Positions 10,908-24,743 of a stretch of 64,000 nt of DNA are shown here, in pieces; the stretch's first letter is position 1, and each line of letters opens with the position of its first letter. The notes beneath the pieces were generated by a model. That model did no database searches and was not told the DNA's origin. It worked only from the letters and a program-made list of their open reading frames with translations. The stretch comes from Octopus bimaculoides (Eukaryota). The DNA is taken from assembly GCF_001194135.2 (NCBI RefSeq), contig NC_069000.1, positions 40,871,483 through 40,935,482 of the forward strand. The letters are read 5' to 3'. Both the position numbers and the translations under genes were made by a program.

Positions 10908-12292
10908 ACAGCAATGTAGTTCACAAATTTGATATGTTGTAGTATGTGTGCATTTTGCAGAATACAGAGAGAATATATCTCTATGATTTGAGGGGGAAAT
11001 TACAATAAACACAAGTTCATATAATTTGTTCCGACGTATGTTTCACTGTTGTGGTTGTTTGGGACTCTGCATTTATTATATGTTCCAAGTGCAATTTGAT
11101 GCTCAACCACAAGGGATCATTGGGGAATATCCCTACAATAATGTGTTCCCTTGACAAAAATTGCATTAGTTTTCTTTCTAGAAATTGATAAAATAATTTG
11201 GTGGAAATTTGAAAAACTTCAAATGGTTGAAAGAAACTTAATAAGATTCCAATAAGCTTGTAATTATGCACGGGAATTTTGTTGCTTGACAGTTGAGTGT
11301 AACATTACCTTGCTTAGAAGCAAGTAATGGTTGGTGACAGGATGGGTACCCAACTAGTAAACTCAGGCTCAGTGAATTTCATCTGATTTATGCAAGCATG
11401 GACAAGTACGCATTAAAACGATAATAATGTATGTGTGTGTACTGATGTCAAGAATTTTATAAATGTTCAAGAAAGTGTGCTATAATCGTTTTTTGAAATA
11501 GTAAATCTTGAAGCACACACATAAAGCTTAAAAGAAATATAATAGCATCACCATCATCATCATTTAATGTCCATCTTCCATGCATGCATGGGCAGGATAG
11601 CTGACAGGAACTGGCCAGGTAGAAAAACTACCCTAGGCTACTGTATCTGTTTTAGCAGGGATTTTACGGCTGGATGCCCTTCCTAACACTAACCACTCCA
11701 CAGAGTGGACTCAATGTGAAGATATTAATTCAGATCTTACAGCTAGCCTTTGACTTTTGCTATCCAAAAGGGATTTTCGTACTCCAAAATATTCCAAAAA
11801 AGAATTATGTGTATGTATGTATGTTTGTGCATTTTTCCATTTCTGTCCTCTAACACGGTGGTTAAACAAACAGATATGAATAAAATAAATTCCAGACTTT
11901 AAGGACTGACTAAAGTCTTAGCATGGCTGCTTTCCAATGACTGAAACCAGTGAATGAATAAGTGAATATAGTTTGGAGCAAATTGCTGTAAACTTTTCAG
12001 CATTGTTAGTGAAAACTACAGTTGAAGGATTAAAGATGGCAAAATTGAAATAATTGGAGTGCTATGGTAGGTGAGGAAGTCTAGCATTTTAAGTAGTAGT
12101 TTCAGGAAATGAAAAATTAGAACTTGCCTTTGTTAACACTGTACCCCAGTGTTTCTCAGCTGTTTGTAGCTCAGTGTGTGTCCCCTTTCACTAAATTACA
12201 TTTTACAAACACCCCATTTCATATTTTGTAAAAGAAAATAACAGAACCCCCTCCCCCCTAGAATACTTTAATAATAATAATATATATATGTA

Positions 12293-12688
12293 GGTGTAGG
12301 AGTGGCTGTGTGGTAAGTAGCTTGCTTACCAACCACATGGTTCGGGGCTCAGTCCTACTGCGTGGCACCTTGGGCAAGTGACTTCTATAGCCTTGGGCCG
12401 ACCAAAGCCTTGTGAGTGGATTTGGTAGATGGAAACTGAAAGAAGCCCGTCGTATATATGTATATATGTATGTGTGTGTATATGTTTGTGTGTGTGTGTT
12501 TATCCCCCCAACATCGCTTGACAACCGATGCTGGTGTGTTTACGTCTCCGTAACTTAGCGGTTCGGCTAAATAGACCGATAGAATAAGCACTAGGCTTAC
12601 AAAGAATAAGTCCTGGGGTCGATTTACTCGACTAAAAAATGGTGGTGCTCCAGCATGGCCGCAGTCAAATGACTGAAACAAGTAAAAG

Positions 12689-12690
<2 letters not shown>
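12293..12690 (+). mobile_element. SINE family B
   Basis: High similarity to 3174-3567. Confidence 0.9.
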
Positions 12691-12723
<33 letters not shown>

Positions 12724-13454
12724 GATAAATAACTATGGTAAATAAATACAGGGATAGATATACATATTTGTGTGTGTGTAGGCACACGTATCTTTTCTTA
12801 ACCCTTTTGTTACCATATTTCTGTTGAGATGCTCTGTGTTTCTTTCAATTACTTTAAATATAACAAAGAATTTAGTAAAATAACTTCGTTATCATTCAGC
12901 TAGTATTAGGAACATAAATTGCGACTAAGGTTTGGTGGAAGATTTTAATTCAAAACTTACGGAAACAAGAATAGAAGAAGACTAGTTGGTTACGACTGGA
13001 ACTCTATTTATCAGGGAATGCTGTGGGGCTCACCATTCATATCGTCCCAACATTAGATACATGTTTTTGATTTATAGTGCAAGGGAGGTAATCCGTGTAA
13101 CAACTCGGTTTCTTTAAACGTATTAACGTTATATTGTTATATGGTTTATGTAAGCTGAGGATGTGTATAATAAATTTATATTCTTAGTATTAATACAGAA
13201 AGAAATTAGAATAAAGAAATATTTTGAAATTTAAATTTTAAGTCTTTCGTTCAAAGCAGTCATTAGAATCGTCATTCACAACATCACTGAAGTTCATTGC
13301 TAGATTTACAGTGGAAGGGAGGTAACCCCTGTAGTAACTCGGCTCCATTGAACGTATGAAAGTTATGAAGCGAATAAATTTCTGATCATAGACGTTCCAA
13401 CCGTGGTCATCTCTTCTGTTTTTGATTAAGGACATTATAATTCAATGTGTTTTT

Positions 13455-13919
13455 GGTGATCTTTCGGTACTAGAATCCATAACTTCCGGTCGTTGTGCGC
13501 ACGCATACTTGATTACATCATAGCATAGTGTTTAAAATCACGTGTGTGTATTTATTTTTCTGAACAACATCGGCGATTTCCGTAAAAAAATTAAAAATTT
13601 TTTTTACATAAGGAGTTGGAGGGAAAAGAGGGTCTTTTGAAGTTGGCGTAAAAGCGAAAGAACTTCACATACACACCACACTTTCTGTCTCGCACGCCCC
13701 AACAAACACACACTGACACATGCCAACTTCAAAAGATTTTTCCTGATCAAATCGCGCTCTCCCTATCTCTTTCGCTTTTACGCCGACTTACGGAAATCGC
13801 CGATGTTATGCAGAAAATGAAATAAACTCACGTGGTTTCAAACACACTATACGATAATATAATCAGTATGCGTGCGCACAACAACCAGAAGTTATGGGTT
13901 CTATTACCGAAAGATCGCC
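13455..13919. mobile_element. Foldback MITE with ~130-bp imperfect TIRs and nested internal inverted repeats
   Basis: GGTGATCTTTCGGTA...CGGCGATTTCCGTAA mirrored by TTACGGAAATCGCCG...TACCGAAAGATCGCC. Confidence 0.8.
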
Positions 13920-14499
13920 GTGTTTTTATTGTTTCAAATTGATTTTGATGGGATTTGTAAAAGATTTGCTATTTCACATGCTTCAGTCTCGCCTGGACTC
14001 AATCAAGGTCGCCTTTCAGTCAATGGGAAATAACTCCGCAGGCCTTGCGGCTATCATATAAAAAGGAAAAAAAAAAACAGTTTATGTTTTGTAACATCGT
14101 TTACAATTGTTTATCGATTGAAATGTTTTTTTCTTTTTGCTCGGATTTCCTTTGGATCCATCTATCAAAATAAAACTGGATATTGTGTACATATTTTGCA
14201 ATAGTGTGATTAAAGGGCAATATCTAATGCTGGAGAGGTTAATAGGAATGGCTGTGTGGTGAAGTAAGTCCGCGTTCCAAACATTTGGTTTCGTGTTCAG
14301 TCCTATTATATGCTGCCTTCGGCAAGTATCTTCCGCAATAACCCCAAGTTGATCGATACCCTGTGAGTGAACTTGATAGACGCCCGCATGTGTGTGTGTG
14401 TACACATAGAAACGCATATACGATGACAATGGCCGTCCATTCGTGACCGAGGAAAACTATCACTGACCTTTAGCAACATTGTGCACTCAAGACTACCTT

Positions 14500-15012
14500 A
14501 TACTTTACACTTGCGGCTCCGTTTGTGACTAACGAGCCCTGCTCTTGACAAACATACACGACTGCAAACATTGCAGACCAAGCTTTCCCCATACATTACA
14601 CTAGCAGTGCATTTTCGAGCAGCATGCTTAAATTCTTCATGAAGAATACGTGCTCTTTTAAAGGTGTCGACTCCCTCATTTACCTGTTTCCTCCATCCGT
14701 GGCGATGACAAGCCTAGCCTTCCAGTCAGCCTCCCGCATTTTTCAGGTCTTTAATGAAGCATTCACACAGACCTAAAATGGCAGTCTTGGCTTCTGCCGG
14801 TGTTGCTTTCCACTAACAAGTTCCCCATATAGCATCTGTTTAGGGATCCTGTTATCATTCATTCTAACAAGGTGTCCAGTCCAACGTAACCGGTGTTTGT
14901 GCACCATCACCTCAATACTCAGGATATCGGTTTTCCTCAGGATCTGTGTATCTGGAGATTTTAAGGTCCAGCCAACATTCAGAATGTGTCCCAGACATCT
15001 CTGATGGAAGCG
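14500..15012 (-). mobile_element. RTE-clade LINE 3' fragment
   Basis: RFHQRCLGHIL...RLRWTGHLVRMNDNRIPKQMLYGEL...G plus terminal CNVCSRVCLSRAGLVSHKRS zinc finger. Confidence 0.88.
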
Positions 15013-16007
15013 TCCAAGGACCTTTACATGACATTTGTAAAAGGTCCAAGGCAAATTCGATTTCGGCGGAATTTGAACTCGGAACGTAAAGACAGGGGAA
15101 ATACCATTAAGCGTTTTACCCATGAATACACATACAAGTTCACTGTCAATTTCCCGCTAACTGATTGTTCAGTACATTACTTCGTCCGGATAAATTATCA
15201 GCGGGAACTTGAAATTCCTGGAGTCACATTGGTATAGTTCACTGCTATACCACAGGTGGCGTTGTGTGCATCTGTGTTTACATTAATTTGTTAGTAACGA
15301 TGGCAACAGTCTGAGAGATTTTCTTATTTAGATTAAAGTCACCCTTTGTTATTACGACTACAGGGCACTACAGCTGTAGTGTCAAACGTAAACACCAATC
15401 TTTATTAACTCAACGGGGCTACTGCAATTTCCCAACCACACCTTGCAAAATGCATTTTATTGAAAAAATTTCTTCGGATGCTTAGTTTTTAGATGTCGGA
15501 GATTACCAATATGCAAAAAAAAAAAAAAAAAAAAAANNNNNNNNNNNNNNNNNNNNNNNNNNNNNNNNNNNNNNNNNNNNNNNNNNNNNNNNNNNNNNNN
15601 NNNNNNNNNNNNNNNNNNNNNNNNNNNNNNNNNNNNNNNNNNNNNNNNNNNNNNNNNNNNNNNNNNNNNNNNNNNNNNNNNNNNNNNNNNNNNNNNNNNN
15701 NNNNNNNNNNNNNNNNNNNNNNNNNNNNNNNNNNNNNNNNNNNNNNNNNNNNNNNNNNNNNNNNNNNNNNNNNNNNNNNNNNNNNNNNNNNNNNNNNNNN
15801 NNNNNNNNNNNNNNNNNNNNNNNNNNNNNNNNNNNNNNNNNNNNNNNNNNNNNNNNNNNNNNNNNNNNNNNNNNNNNNNNNNNNNNNNNNNNNNNNNNNN
15901 NNNNNNNNNNNNNNNNNNNNNNNNNNNNNNNNNNNNNNNNNNNNNNNNNNNNNNNNNNNNNNNNNNNNNNNNNNNNNNNNNNNNNNNNNNNNNNNNNNNN
16001 NNNNNNN

Positions 16008-16296
16008 TTATTGAGCGAAAACACCTAAAGCTCCACAAGGCTCCGGCAGGGGATGGTGGCGAACCCTACTGTACTCTTCCACCACAACTTTCTCTCACTC
16101 TTACTTTCTGTTTCTGTTGTACCTGTAATTCAAAGGGTCAGCCTTGTCACACTGAATATCCCCGAGAACTACATGAAGGGTACACGTGTCTGTGGAGTGC
16201 TCAGCCACTTGCACGTTAATTTCACGAGCATGCTGTTCCGTTGATTGGATCAACTGGAACCTTTGACGTTGAAAGCGACGGAGTGCCAACAACAAC
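16008..16296 (+). mobile_element. SINE family A, 5' end lost in gap
   Basis: Near-identical to the body and tail of 8372-8756. Confidence 0.85.
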
Positions 16297-16861
16297 TTTG
16301 TAAGAACCAGAGACAGTTTCAGATTGGTTGGAAACAATGCATAAAAGGCCAGGGCAGATCCCCATTAGCTTCTTCAGTAGTTCTTCAATTTCAGGTTACA
16401 TGTCTCTGCTTAGAGCACTGCTGTTGAGTGGTCTTTGTTGTCAGTTTGGATGTAGATGTCTCCAAAATATAACATCTGATACTGCTTGTTCAGCAAAGAC
16501 TAGTTTGCATTGAAGACACAGGTGGAATGTGCCCATAAATCTCTCCCCTTTATGATTTATGAGCCACTAAACTTACCAACTACCATGCACACTAATAAGG
16601 TTGCCAGAGAAAATAGGTTCCAATTAGTTCATGGTTTGCCTTCTGGGCATCCCAGCTGAAATAATAAGCAATAATCAAATATGCAAACCAGTGCAGAAAA
16701 TACCAAAAAGACCCTAACCCCATCACCATTACTATTCTCCCTTGAACCTTTGAAATATAACTCAAGGGAACTTTTATTTAAGAATAAATCCTTTGAAGCT
16801 GTAACTATTTCACTTATTTATACACATCTTGTCGAACCAGTTTGGTAAGAGATACAATCTA

Positions 16862-17078
16862 TGGGGTTGGTGCATAATTATTGCGGCAGTTTTTCATCAA
16901 ATTTTATTCAACAAAAACAATAACATGTAACAAAAACATCTTTAAATGATTATTCCGGAGAATATTCATCGTCTACTTCAATTATTGCTTGGCAGACGGT
17001 TAGACCATCATTTAAAAATGTTTTTATTGAATAAAATTTGTTGAAAAAAAGCAGCAATAATTATGCACCAACCTAATA
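16862..17078. mobile_element. Mariner-derived MITE
   Basis: TIRs GTTGGTGCATAATTATTGC...GCAATAATTATGCACCAACCTAATA, resembling MADE/Hsmar-type ends. Confidence 0.8.
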
Positions 17079-17690
17079 TGATGATATGTTGATACCAAGA
17101 CAGTTGTAGTACAAGTACAGTTATGCATTTTCACAAACACACTCATTTTTTAATTTTTTAGAATGTATTAAAAAGCAATGTTTTGAATACAACATTAATA
17201 ATGAGCCCATTTCTTAAATAAAAGTTTTCCATTTAGGGGGTAAAAAAAAAAAAATCAAATAAATTTACTTCAGATGTAAAAGAAAATTTATTTATGTGTT
17301 TATAGTTTAGACATCTTTAATACTTCATTAGTAAAAATTATAAAAAGAAAAAACAAATCAAATCAAAAACAGGGATTAAAAATAATGCATAAATGAAATC
17401 CACAAAATTTGGGTTGCAGTTCAGGAAACATGAAGATTACCAAGAAAATATCTGTAGTTGCAAGTTTGAAACAGGAAAGCTGGCTTAAGATGGGAAAGAT
17501 CTAATCTGAAGTCAGGAAATGTTGACTTGATATTGTGAAATTTTCAGCTTTGAATTTATGCATTTAAATAGGCAGAAAAGACAACGAAAAACAAACAGAA
17601 AATGATTTTAGAGGAAATTTAAACACAATCTGTTATTAAATTAGTCTTAGCTGGTGGCACTTCATATATCTTTAATGGAAATGTAGACAT

Positions 17691-17915
17691 CCCTTTAGCA
17701 TTTAAACCTGCCATATCCGACCAAAAGTATTTTGCCTGTTTTATGTTCAAACTGGCCAGATCTGGTCTCTCACACCAACCCTACAATATTGTTTTAAACA
17801 TTAACAGCTACCTCATCAAAATCTCATAGCTACAAGATAATGTATGATGAGTTCAAAACAATGTAGATGAAAAAGCATTAATTTTGGCAGAATAATGCAA
17901 ACACTAAAGGGTTAA
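17691..17915. mobile_element. piggyBac-like MITE family (other copies near 3745-3972, 12798-12970, 20031-20194, 20331-20520)
   Basis: CCCTTTAG...CTAAAGGG-TTAA termini and shared internal sequence among copies. Confidence 0.65.
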
Positions 17916-19062
17916 AACAGGCCAGAATAGGAAACTGAAGTGTAGCCCAAGTTGTTGGGATAGCTCCATGCTAGTTGCAAGATATATCATCAACATTTAA
18001 TGTCTGTTTTCCATGCCGATATGGGTNNNNNNNNNNNNNNNNNNNNNNNNNNNNNNNNNNNNNNNNNNNNNNNNNNNNNNNNNNNNNNNTATATATATAT
18101 ATATATATATTATAGTAAATAGCAGAAATACATAGTGTAATTATCAGGTGTTTTCTGTACTGGGTTCAAAGCTTCCCATAGGTTAAAGTGTGTAAAGGGA
18201 TGGTGTCTGTAAAGGAGACTTGTAGAGATTTCCTACACTAAGTCTTTTGTAGTATATCAGTAATTAATGTGGGGTCAAGATATTCACTATGATCATTAAT
18301 ATGTTGAAGCATGTTTAACAGTGGGTGTTATTAAAGCTATCATGTCAACACACACACACTCAGGATAGTAACTCTGTAGAATGTTCAGACTTAAGCTAAC
18401 AAATTTTAATATCTTACTGAAGGCAGTGATTCCATATAGCCTTAACTGTTACAGGTGAAAGAACCGAAGAATAGACTCTGGCAAATTATAATAAAGACTA
18501 AGAATGCAAAGTGTTGCACTTGAGAATAATAAGCAATATACTTAGTCCGGTTTTAATATAATTCTGGTGTTAATACCTCAGAGTAAAGTTCGCGCACACA
18601 CACACACACACTCTCTTATATAGAATTAGTCAAAACATGTGAATATATAATGACTTCACATATGGCTGTTTTAGCTTTCCACAAACAAAAAGGGTTAAGA
18701 ACAACATTACAAACACACTACACACAAGCTGATATCCTCTCCTGCGCACTTCATCCATTCTTGGAAAGATAATTAACATAAAACCATGTGGAAGTTTATT
18801 AAAGTGTTGCCAGAACCTAAAAGGCAAATCAGAGCAGTGCAGCAGACAAAATAAATAAATAAATGTTAAAAGAAAGCTGAAAGAATCTTCAGGTAGAAAC
18901 ATTACAACATCAAAGCGTAAATAAGCCATCCTTAGTTTATTTCTTTTCAAATACGAAACTTATTCAGTCATTGAAGGTTTCAGACAATATATTTTAACTG
19001 TTCATAAATTGTGGAGTTATAATTAATATGAAAAAAAACAAAAAGCACCCAGATTCGACTTC

Positions 19063-19224
19063 TCAACTGACAAGGACACCCTGAGTGCCAGGCTTGGTTT
19101 CTTGCTTCTCCACCTCACTACTTTCTTCACCACGTATCTTTAAGTTATGGGTTTCTCTATATTTGTTGATTTCTGTACCTTTGGATTCCAACTGTTTGTT
19201 TAAAGTTTCAATTAACTTGGACAT
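19063..19224 (-). CDS. PFDN2: Prefoldin subunit 2, exon 3 (MSKLIETLNKQLESKGTEINKYRETHNLKIRGEESSEVEKQETKPGTQGVLVS*)
   Basis: Acceptor tttatttggcag|, phase 0; typical PFDN2 C-terminus ending GVLVS; TGA at 19063-19065; AATAAA-like signals downstream near 18940 and 18797. Total 139 aa. Confidence 0.95.
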   Translation of the reverse strand: MSKLIETLNKQLESKGTEINKYRETHNLKIRGEESSEVEKQETKPGTQGVLVS

Positions 19225-20775
19225 CTGCCAAATAAACAAACAATTTTAGTATTACAACCACTGACACATCTGAGAATACAGTCAAAATTTTCACGACTTT
19301 TTATATAATCAAAATCCCACACAGTATGAATCACAGGAATTTTTACAAAGCCTACCCAAGAATATTACATACCAATCAATGCATTTATGACCAAATTTCT
19401 AAAATACATATAAGTGCAGGTGTGGCTGTGTGGTAAGAAGCTTGGTTCCCAACCACATGATCCCAGGTTCAATTCCACAGCATGACACCTTGGATAAAGT
19501 GTCTTCTACTATAGCTTTCTGCTGACCAAATCCTTGTGAGTGGATTTGGTAGAAAGAAATTGGAAGAAAGCCATACTTATTGAAGTCTATTTAGCTGTAA
19601 TTAATTAAGCTCTCATTCTATAATTTACAGGTGTTTTGTTAATTTGTAGTTCAGAGCTCCAGTTTTTCATTGGAAACTAGAAATCACTCCAGCGTATCCA
19701 CGCATATTCTGAAATCTGCTGTTAAACTAATGTTTAGACCTGATCAAGTGCACAAGCCCAAACCCAAACAGTTACAAGTGATGACACCTAACAAGTCCTA
19801 ATAAACAAGAATGGTTGGGAAAGCTGAGGAACCATTAAAAGTTTTGATTCAATTGGATTTACACCAGCCACATCATTCTACACGTGAAAACTATCAAAGA
19901 AACATCGATATGGTATCCAATCAACAAAGTCTGGCTTATATAACCTTATGCTTAAGATCAAAATTACTTCACTCACTAATCAACAGCTACTGAAACCTTT
20001 GTTAGCACCATATTCCTAGCAGGATCGTTGACCCTTTAGCATTCGGAATTCTTTGTCAAGTGCATTGCTTATGATTATATATTTTTAGAATGACATTGTA
20101 GGGTAGGTGTGAGAGGTTGGATCTGGTCAGTTTTAGCATAAAGCATGCAGAATATTTGGGCCAGCTATGACCTGTTCAAATGCTAAAGGCTTAAGATTCC
20201 TTGCCACAATGTTTCCATTATCAATTACCGATGCTTCACATAGCCTAGGTATTGCTATCTGAAAGAGCCTGTGAAGGCCAGGGGTACAGTCCCTTCTAGA
20301 AAGCAAATAGAATTTTTTAAATCTGAACCTTTAACCCTTTAGCGATTAAACCAGCCATATCCAGCCCAAACCAGTCAGATCTACCCAGCAATATAATTCT
20401 AAAAATAAACAATCACATCATTGAAATCTTGAAGCTATAAAATAATATATGATTAATTTGAAACAATGAAAATACACAAGCATTACATCTGACAGAGTAG
20501 TCTGAATGCAAAAGTGTTGATACAGCAGTCATTGGATTCAGGGAGGTAGAATGCTTTTATCCATTTGCTCATGGGATTTAAATCATTTGTCACCATATTT
20601 CTAATGAAAAATACTGCCTTTAATTCAGTTTTGAAAATAATTAAGGATTTAGCAAAATGACTATCATTTTTGACATTGTTTGAAACCTAAATTAATATGA
20701 AATTTCAATGAGAGGTTTTAATTTAGATCACTTTAAAAAGGAGTTTGCATCATTGAACCAGAACCGTCTTTACTA

Positions 20776-21125
20776 TCATCATCATCATCGTTTAACGTCT
20801 GCTTTCCATGCTAGCATGGGTTGGACAATTTGACTGAGGACTGGTGAAACCAGATGGCTACACCAGGCTCCAATCTGATTTGGCAGAGTTTCTACAGCTG
20901 GAAGCCCTTCCTAACACCAACCACTCCGAGAGTGTAGTGGGTGCTTTTACGTGCCACCGACACGAAGGCCAGTCAGGTGGTACTGGCAACGGCCACACTC
21001 AAAATGGTGTATTTTACGTGCCACCTGCACAGGAGCCAGTCCAGTGGCACTGGCAACGATCTCGCTCAAATGTCTTTACATGTGCCAGGAAGGCGACGCT
21101 GGGCATAGGTGCCATCACGATTTCG
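20776..21125 (-). mobile_element. Family C retroposon in PFDN2 intron 2
   Basis: Same tail and subrepeats as 5155-5655. Confidence 0.85.
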
Positions 21126-21225
21126 CTTTCCTATATATATATATATATTTCAAAAGTCAGCAAGTATTTAATTCAGTAGAATATTTTTATTCAGAAATAC
21201 TGAAATTATTTTAAAGTATTCTTAC

Positions 21226-21349
21226 CTGTTGCTTGTTATTTACTATAGCAGGCAAGACATCTTTCACCGTCCGCTCTACAAGTACACCACCCAACATTCG
21301 GAAACATTTCTTACCAGGATCAACGTCTGTCAGATTTTCTATTACTAGG
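21226..21349 (-). CDS. PFDN2: Prefoldin subunit 2, exon 2 (NLVIENLTDVDPGKKCFRMLGGVLVERTVKDVLPAIVNNKQQ)
   Basis: Hallmark RKCFRMIGGVLVERTV-type motif; acceptor ctttctttccag|, donor CAG|gtaaga; phase 2 in, phase 0 out, matching its neighbours. Confidence 0.96.
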
Positions 21350-22317
21350 CTGGAAAGAAAGAGACAGCGAAAATGGTTTAAAAAGAAACACGACCAGTCT
21401 GGAGGCAATCTTGTAATTTGAAGTGCAATTCAAAAAAAAAAAAAAAAAAAAAAAAGAACTGTCAAAATGATAGTAATGTAAGTGAACACTATCAAAATTC
21501 CTTTTTTATTCTTAAGAACTATCTATCCCTAAGTTTAAGTACTGAAGGTCAGTCCCTCATTCTTGTTATCTATGTGTCTTTGACAATGTAATTCATGAAA
21601 AGCTCAAAAGCTTGGTCACTATTAACCTCATTTCAGTATCCCTTACCCAGGGAGTAGCATCCAAATAAATTGGGGTTCTATGTTGACATAAATGCTACTC
21701 TCTATTTCTGCCCTGCTTCCTTGTTCCATATTGGTCGGCAACATTATTTCCCTTCCAACAATGAGGTGGTTGAGGCTCAACAACTGCAGGGAAGGCTTCA
21801 ACTCTTAGTTCCAGAACAAAGAATATTGCCTGGACAATTTACAAAGCACCATTTCATTTCCCTTTCCGTTGAATTCGATCAATACTGAAGCTACTGCCTA
21901 CTTCTTGTGAGAGCTAAAGACAGTTGACACTTTGCCTGTAGCAAACACCACTGGCTTAATAAGCCTGGATGATCTCTGCGTTCCCATTGCCTTCAGGGTT
22001 GATGTATGTGGGGGAATGAAGTGTCATTTTGGTGCTTTGATTCTGGAGGCCTTTATGTTATCATGTTGACTAAATGCAGGTTACATCGGTTGCCAAATGA
22101 ATACTAGCCAAGGTAAACACCATCCCAGCTCTGGAACCATTGTCATCATCTAGAGATGATGGGAAGAGGCTTGATGGAGTTACTCTTTGCCCTTGGGATA
22201 GAAATAGATGCTTTACTTGAGATGCCACCATTAGTGACTTATTTCATATATTGGAAGTTCTTAAAGCTATAAAGGAGATGGCAGGTAGATTAAGCACTGG
22301 AATACTGTAATCCGTTG

Positions 22318-22577
22318 GTTGTTGTTGTTGGCACTCCGTCGCTTACGATGTCAAGGGTTCCAGTTGATCCGATCAACGGAACAGCCTGCTCGTGAAATTA
22401 ACGTGCAAGTGGCTGAGCACTCCACAGACACGTGTACCCTTACAGGCACAACAGAAACAGGAAGAAAGAGTGAGGTGTTTTCGCTCAATAAACACTCACA
22501 ATGCCCGGTCTGGGAATCGAAACCACGATCCTATGACCGCGAGTCCACTACCCTAACCACTGTGCCATTGCGTCTCT
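22318..22577 (-). mobile_element. SINE family A with internal deletions, in PFDN2 intron 1
   Basis: Reverse complement of the family-A head and tail. Confidence 0.85.
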
Positions 22578-22864
22578 ACAATCCGTTGGTAAATTATACC
22601 TTTTAAGCCAATGTCTTTTGAGAAATTGGGGATGGTGGTGCTAGACTACTGACAGGGAATATAATTGACTTCAGGAGTATCCCAACTCACTGATGTAACA
22701 GCTAATGCTCAGGAGATAGCTCAACTGTTCAAGCACCTCCATCATGCTATTATCTGCAGCAATGTTAATATCTTGGTGTTTCAACAACTTGGAGGGAAAC
22801 ACTATTTCTCCTGGCATGACATGTAACTGGAGTGTGCATTCTTTTTTTTTTTTTCTCTATTTTC

Positions 22865-23017
22865 TTACTTTCTTTTATTCTTTTACTTGTTTCGGTTATT
22901 TGACTGTTGCCATGCTGGAGCACCGCCTTAAGTCGACCCCAGGACTTATTCTTTGTAAGCCTAATACTTATTCTATCGGTTTCTTTTGCCGAACAGCTAA
23001 GTTACGGGGACAGATAT

Positions 23018-23048
<31 letters not shown>

Positions 23049-23137
23049 CGATGGGCTTCTTCCAGTTTCCGTCTACCAAATCCACTCACAAGGTTTTGGT
23101 CGGCCCGAGGCTGTAGTAGAAGACACTTGCCCAAGGT
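22865..23137 (-). mobile_element. SINE family B, 5'-truncated
   Basis: Reverse complement of the family-B body and tail. Confidence 0.85.
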
Positions 23138-24580
23138 ATCACTTTACTGTTTACCTTTGTAAATTATGTTCTTTTCTGCAAGAAACCCTCCCCACCTTAA
23201 TTTTTTTTTTTTTTACGGAATCTCACGTTTTAGGCTATGGAGATTCCGATTCTGAAAAGAATTTTTTAAAAATCGCAACTTCAAAATTTCAACCCCCCAC
23301 TACCACTTCTTTCGTTTACATCTTCGCCATGTGCGCCGCCCCTTCCTTCATACCAGTACAAAAAAAAAAAATTAAAAAGGAGTTTAATGCGTAACTGAAG
23401 AGTAAGGACACGACGCACACACGTTTCAGGTCCTCAGTCCGTTTCGTGTCAGTCTTTTAAATTTGTCTGGGATTTTATTTCCAGTTAAGTCAGACTTCAA
23501 ATCAATAGGCTGCCAAATTTGTTACTGCTTTCTTAGATTTAGGAAGAAAGCCAAACTCAATTTGAAGTTTGCAGTCACAAGGGAGGCTTTCTTTTACTCG
23601 AAAGCAATTATCACAGCGGGAAAAGGTACACAATGCTTCAAGCGAACTACAATACTCTCGTAAACTTTCAGATTAAAATGACATCAGGTTTAGCCTCATA
23701 ATAGAGTTACGTCCCTTTATGATAAACTAATAAATGGATATTTTAAAAATATATATTAAACAGTTCTTTCCTATACTGACTAAATGAAGGATAATAATTA
23801 TATTTTCCACAGGTGAATAGTTATTTTGCAGAGATATGTTTTCGAGGGTGTAGATAAAAAAAAAAAAGAAAAAAATTAAGTGTGAAGAAAAAAACTGTAG
23901 AAGTTTCGGATAACTGTAACCCTTCTACTCCGGCTTTTTTTTCCTTACCGACTTCCGTAAGGCCAATAGCGTGCAACATTTTATTCTCACCTTCCTTTAT
24001 TGGTATCTATCCATCCAGTGATAGTGCCTGGATGTGTATAACACACGTGGGGAGCAGAACACGGAAGGTTGATAATTAATTCGACACATGGGTGGTGATT
24101 TAGCAACGTTAAACTGAAGCTATCACGTAGGAAGCTTGGTTGTAATCGAAATAAAATAGAAAAGTATATAAGAACTACCTGAACACTTCATTTTCCCTAT
24201 GAAATAAATGTTCAACTGTTGTCGAGTCAAGAAAGCAGAATATTCAAGTGGATGAAGCAGAAATTTATGCATTTATAATAATTCCAGAGGGTTTGATAAT
24301 TATAAAATATATAAGATAAAAATTCGCTGCATTTAGACGTATATTTTCATTTATTCCTTCCTTTATGAATTTATATGATCGAACTAAGAGTAAATCATTA
24401 TAAAATTAATTATATAAACAATTAAACGAGCACTGAAAAATAATTCCGTAACGAAGAAAATGTTAATAAAGCTAGGAGATTCATATCAATCATTATCAAT
24501 ATTTATTCTGACTAATCTTGAGTGGAGATGGTTATAGCAGGATATAAAAGAAGAATGAAAAGCAAATCAAATGTACATAC

Positions 24581-24714
24581 TTGTGCTCTTTTAAATCCAT
24601 TTCTACTTCTGATATTTTAGAAGCGAGGGCACGTTGTTGTTGCCGTAATTCCTGGAAACCAGCAATAATTTGTTCATTAGTCTTTGGTTTGTTGCTTTTA
24701 GCAGTGGACGCCAT
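24581..24714 (-). CDS. PFDN2: Prefoldin subunit 2, exon 1 (MASTAKSNKPKTNEQIIAGFQELRQQQRALASKISEVEMDLKEH)
   Basis: ATG at 24712-24714; recognisable prefoldin beta-subunit N-terminal coiled coil; donor AA|gtatgt at 24581/24580, phase 2. Confidence 0.95.
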
Positions 24715-24743
24715 TATTCACTTCGGGTTATGAAGAATGATGT

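Noticed and set aside
13238-13435. 65-aa minus-strand ORF
   Set aside because: No recognisable homology; it overlaps the duplicated cassette, which is better explained on the plus strand or as a repeat.
15457-16038. Long ORFs made of X residues (also near 28.3-29.2, 43.3-45.7, 50.2-51.0, 54.1-54.6, 56.4-56.9, 58.5-59.0 and 61.6-62.2 kb)
   Set aside because: They span N gaps and flanking microsatellites; artefacts.
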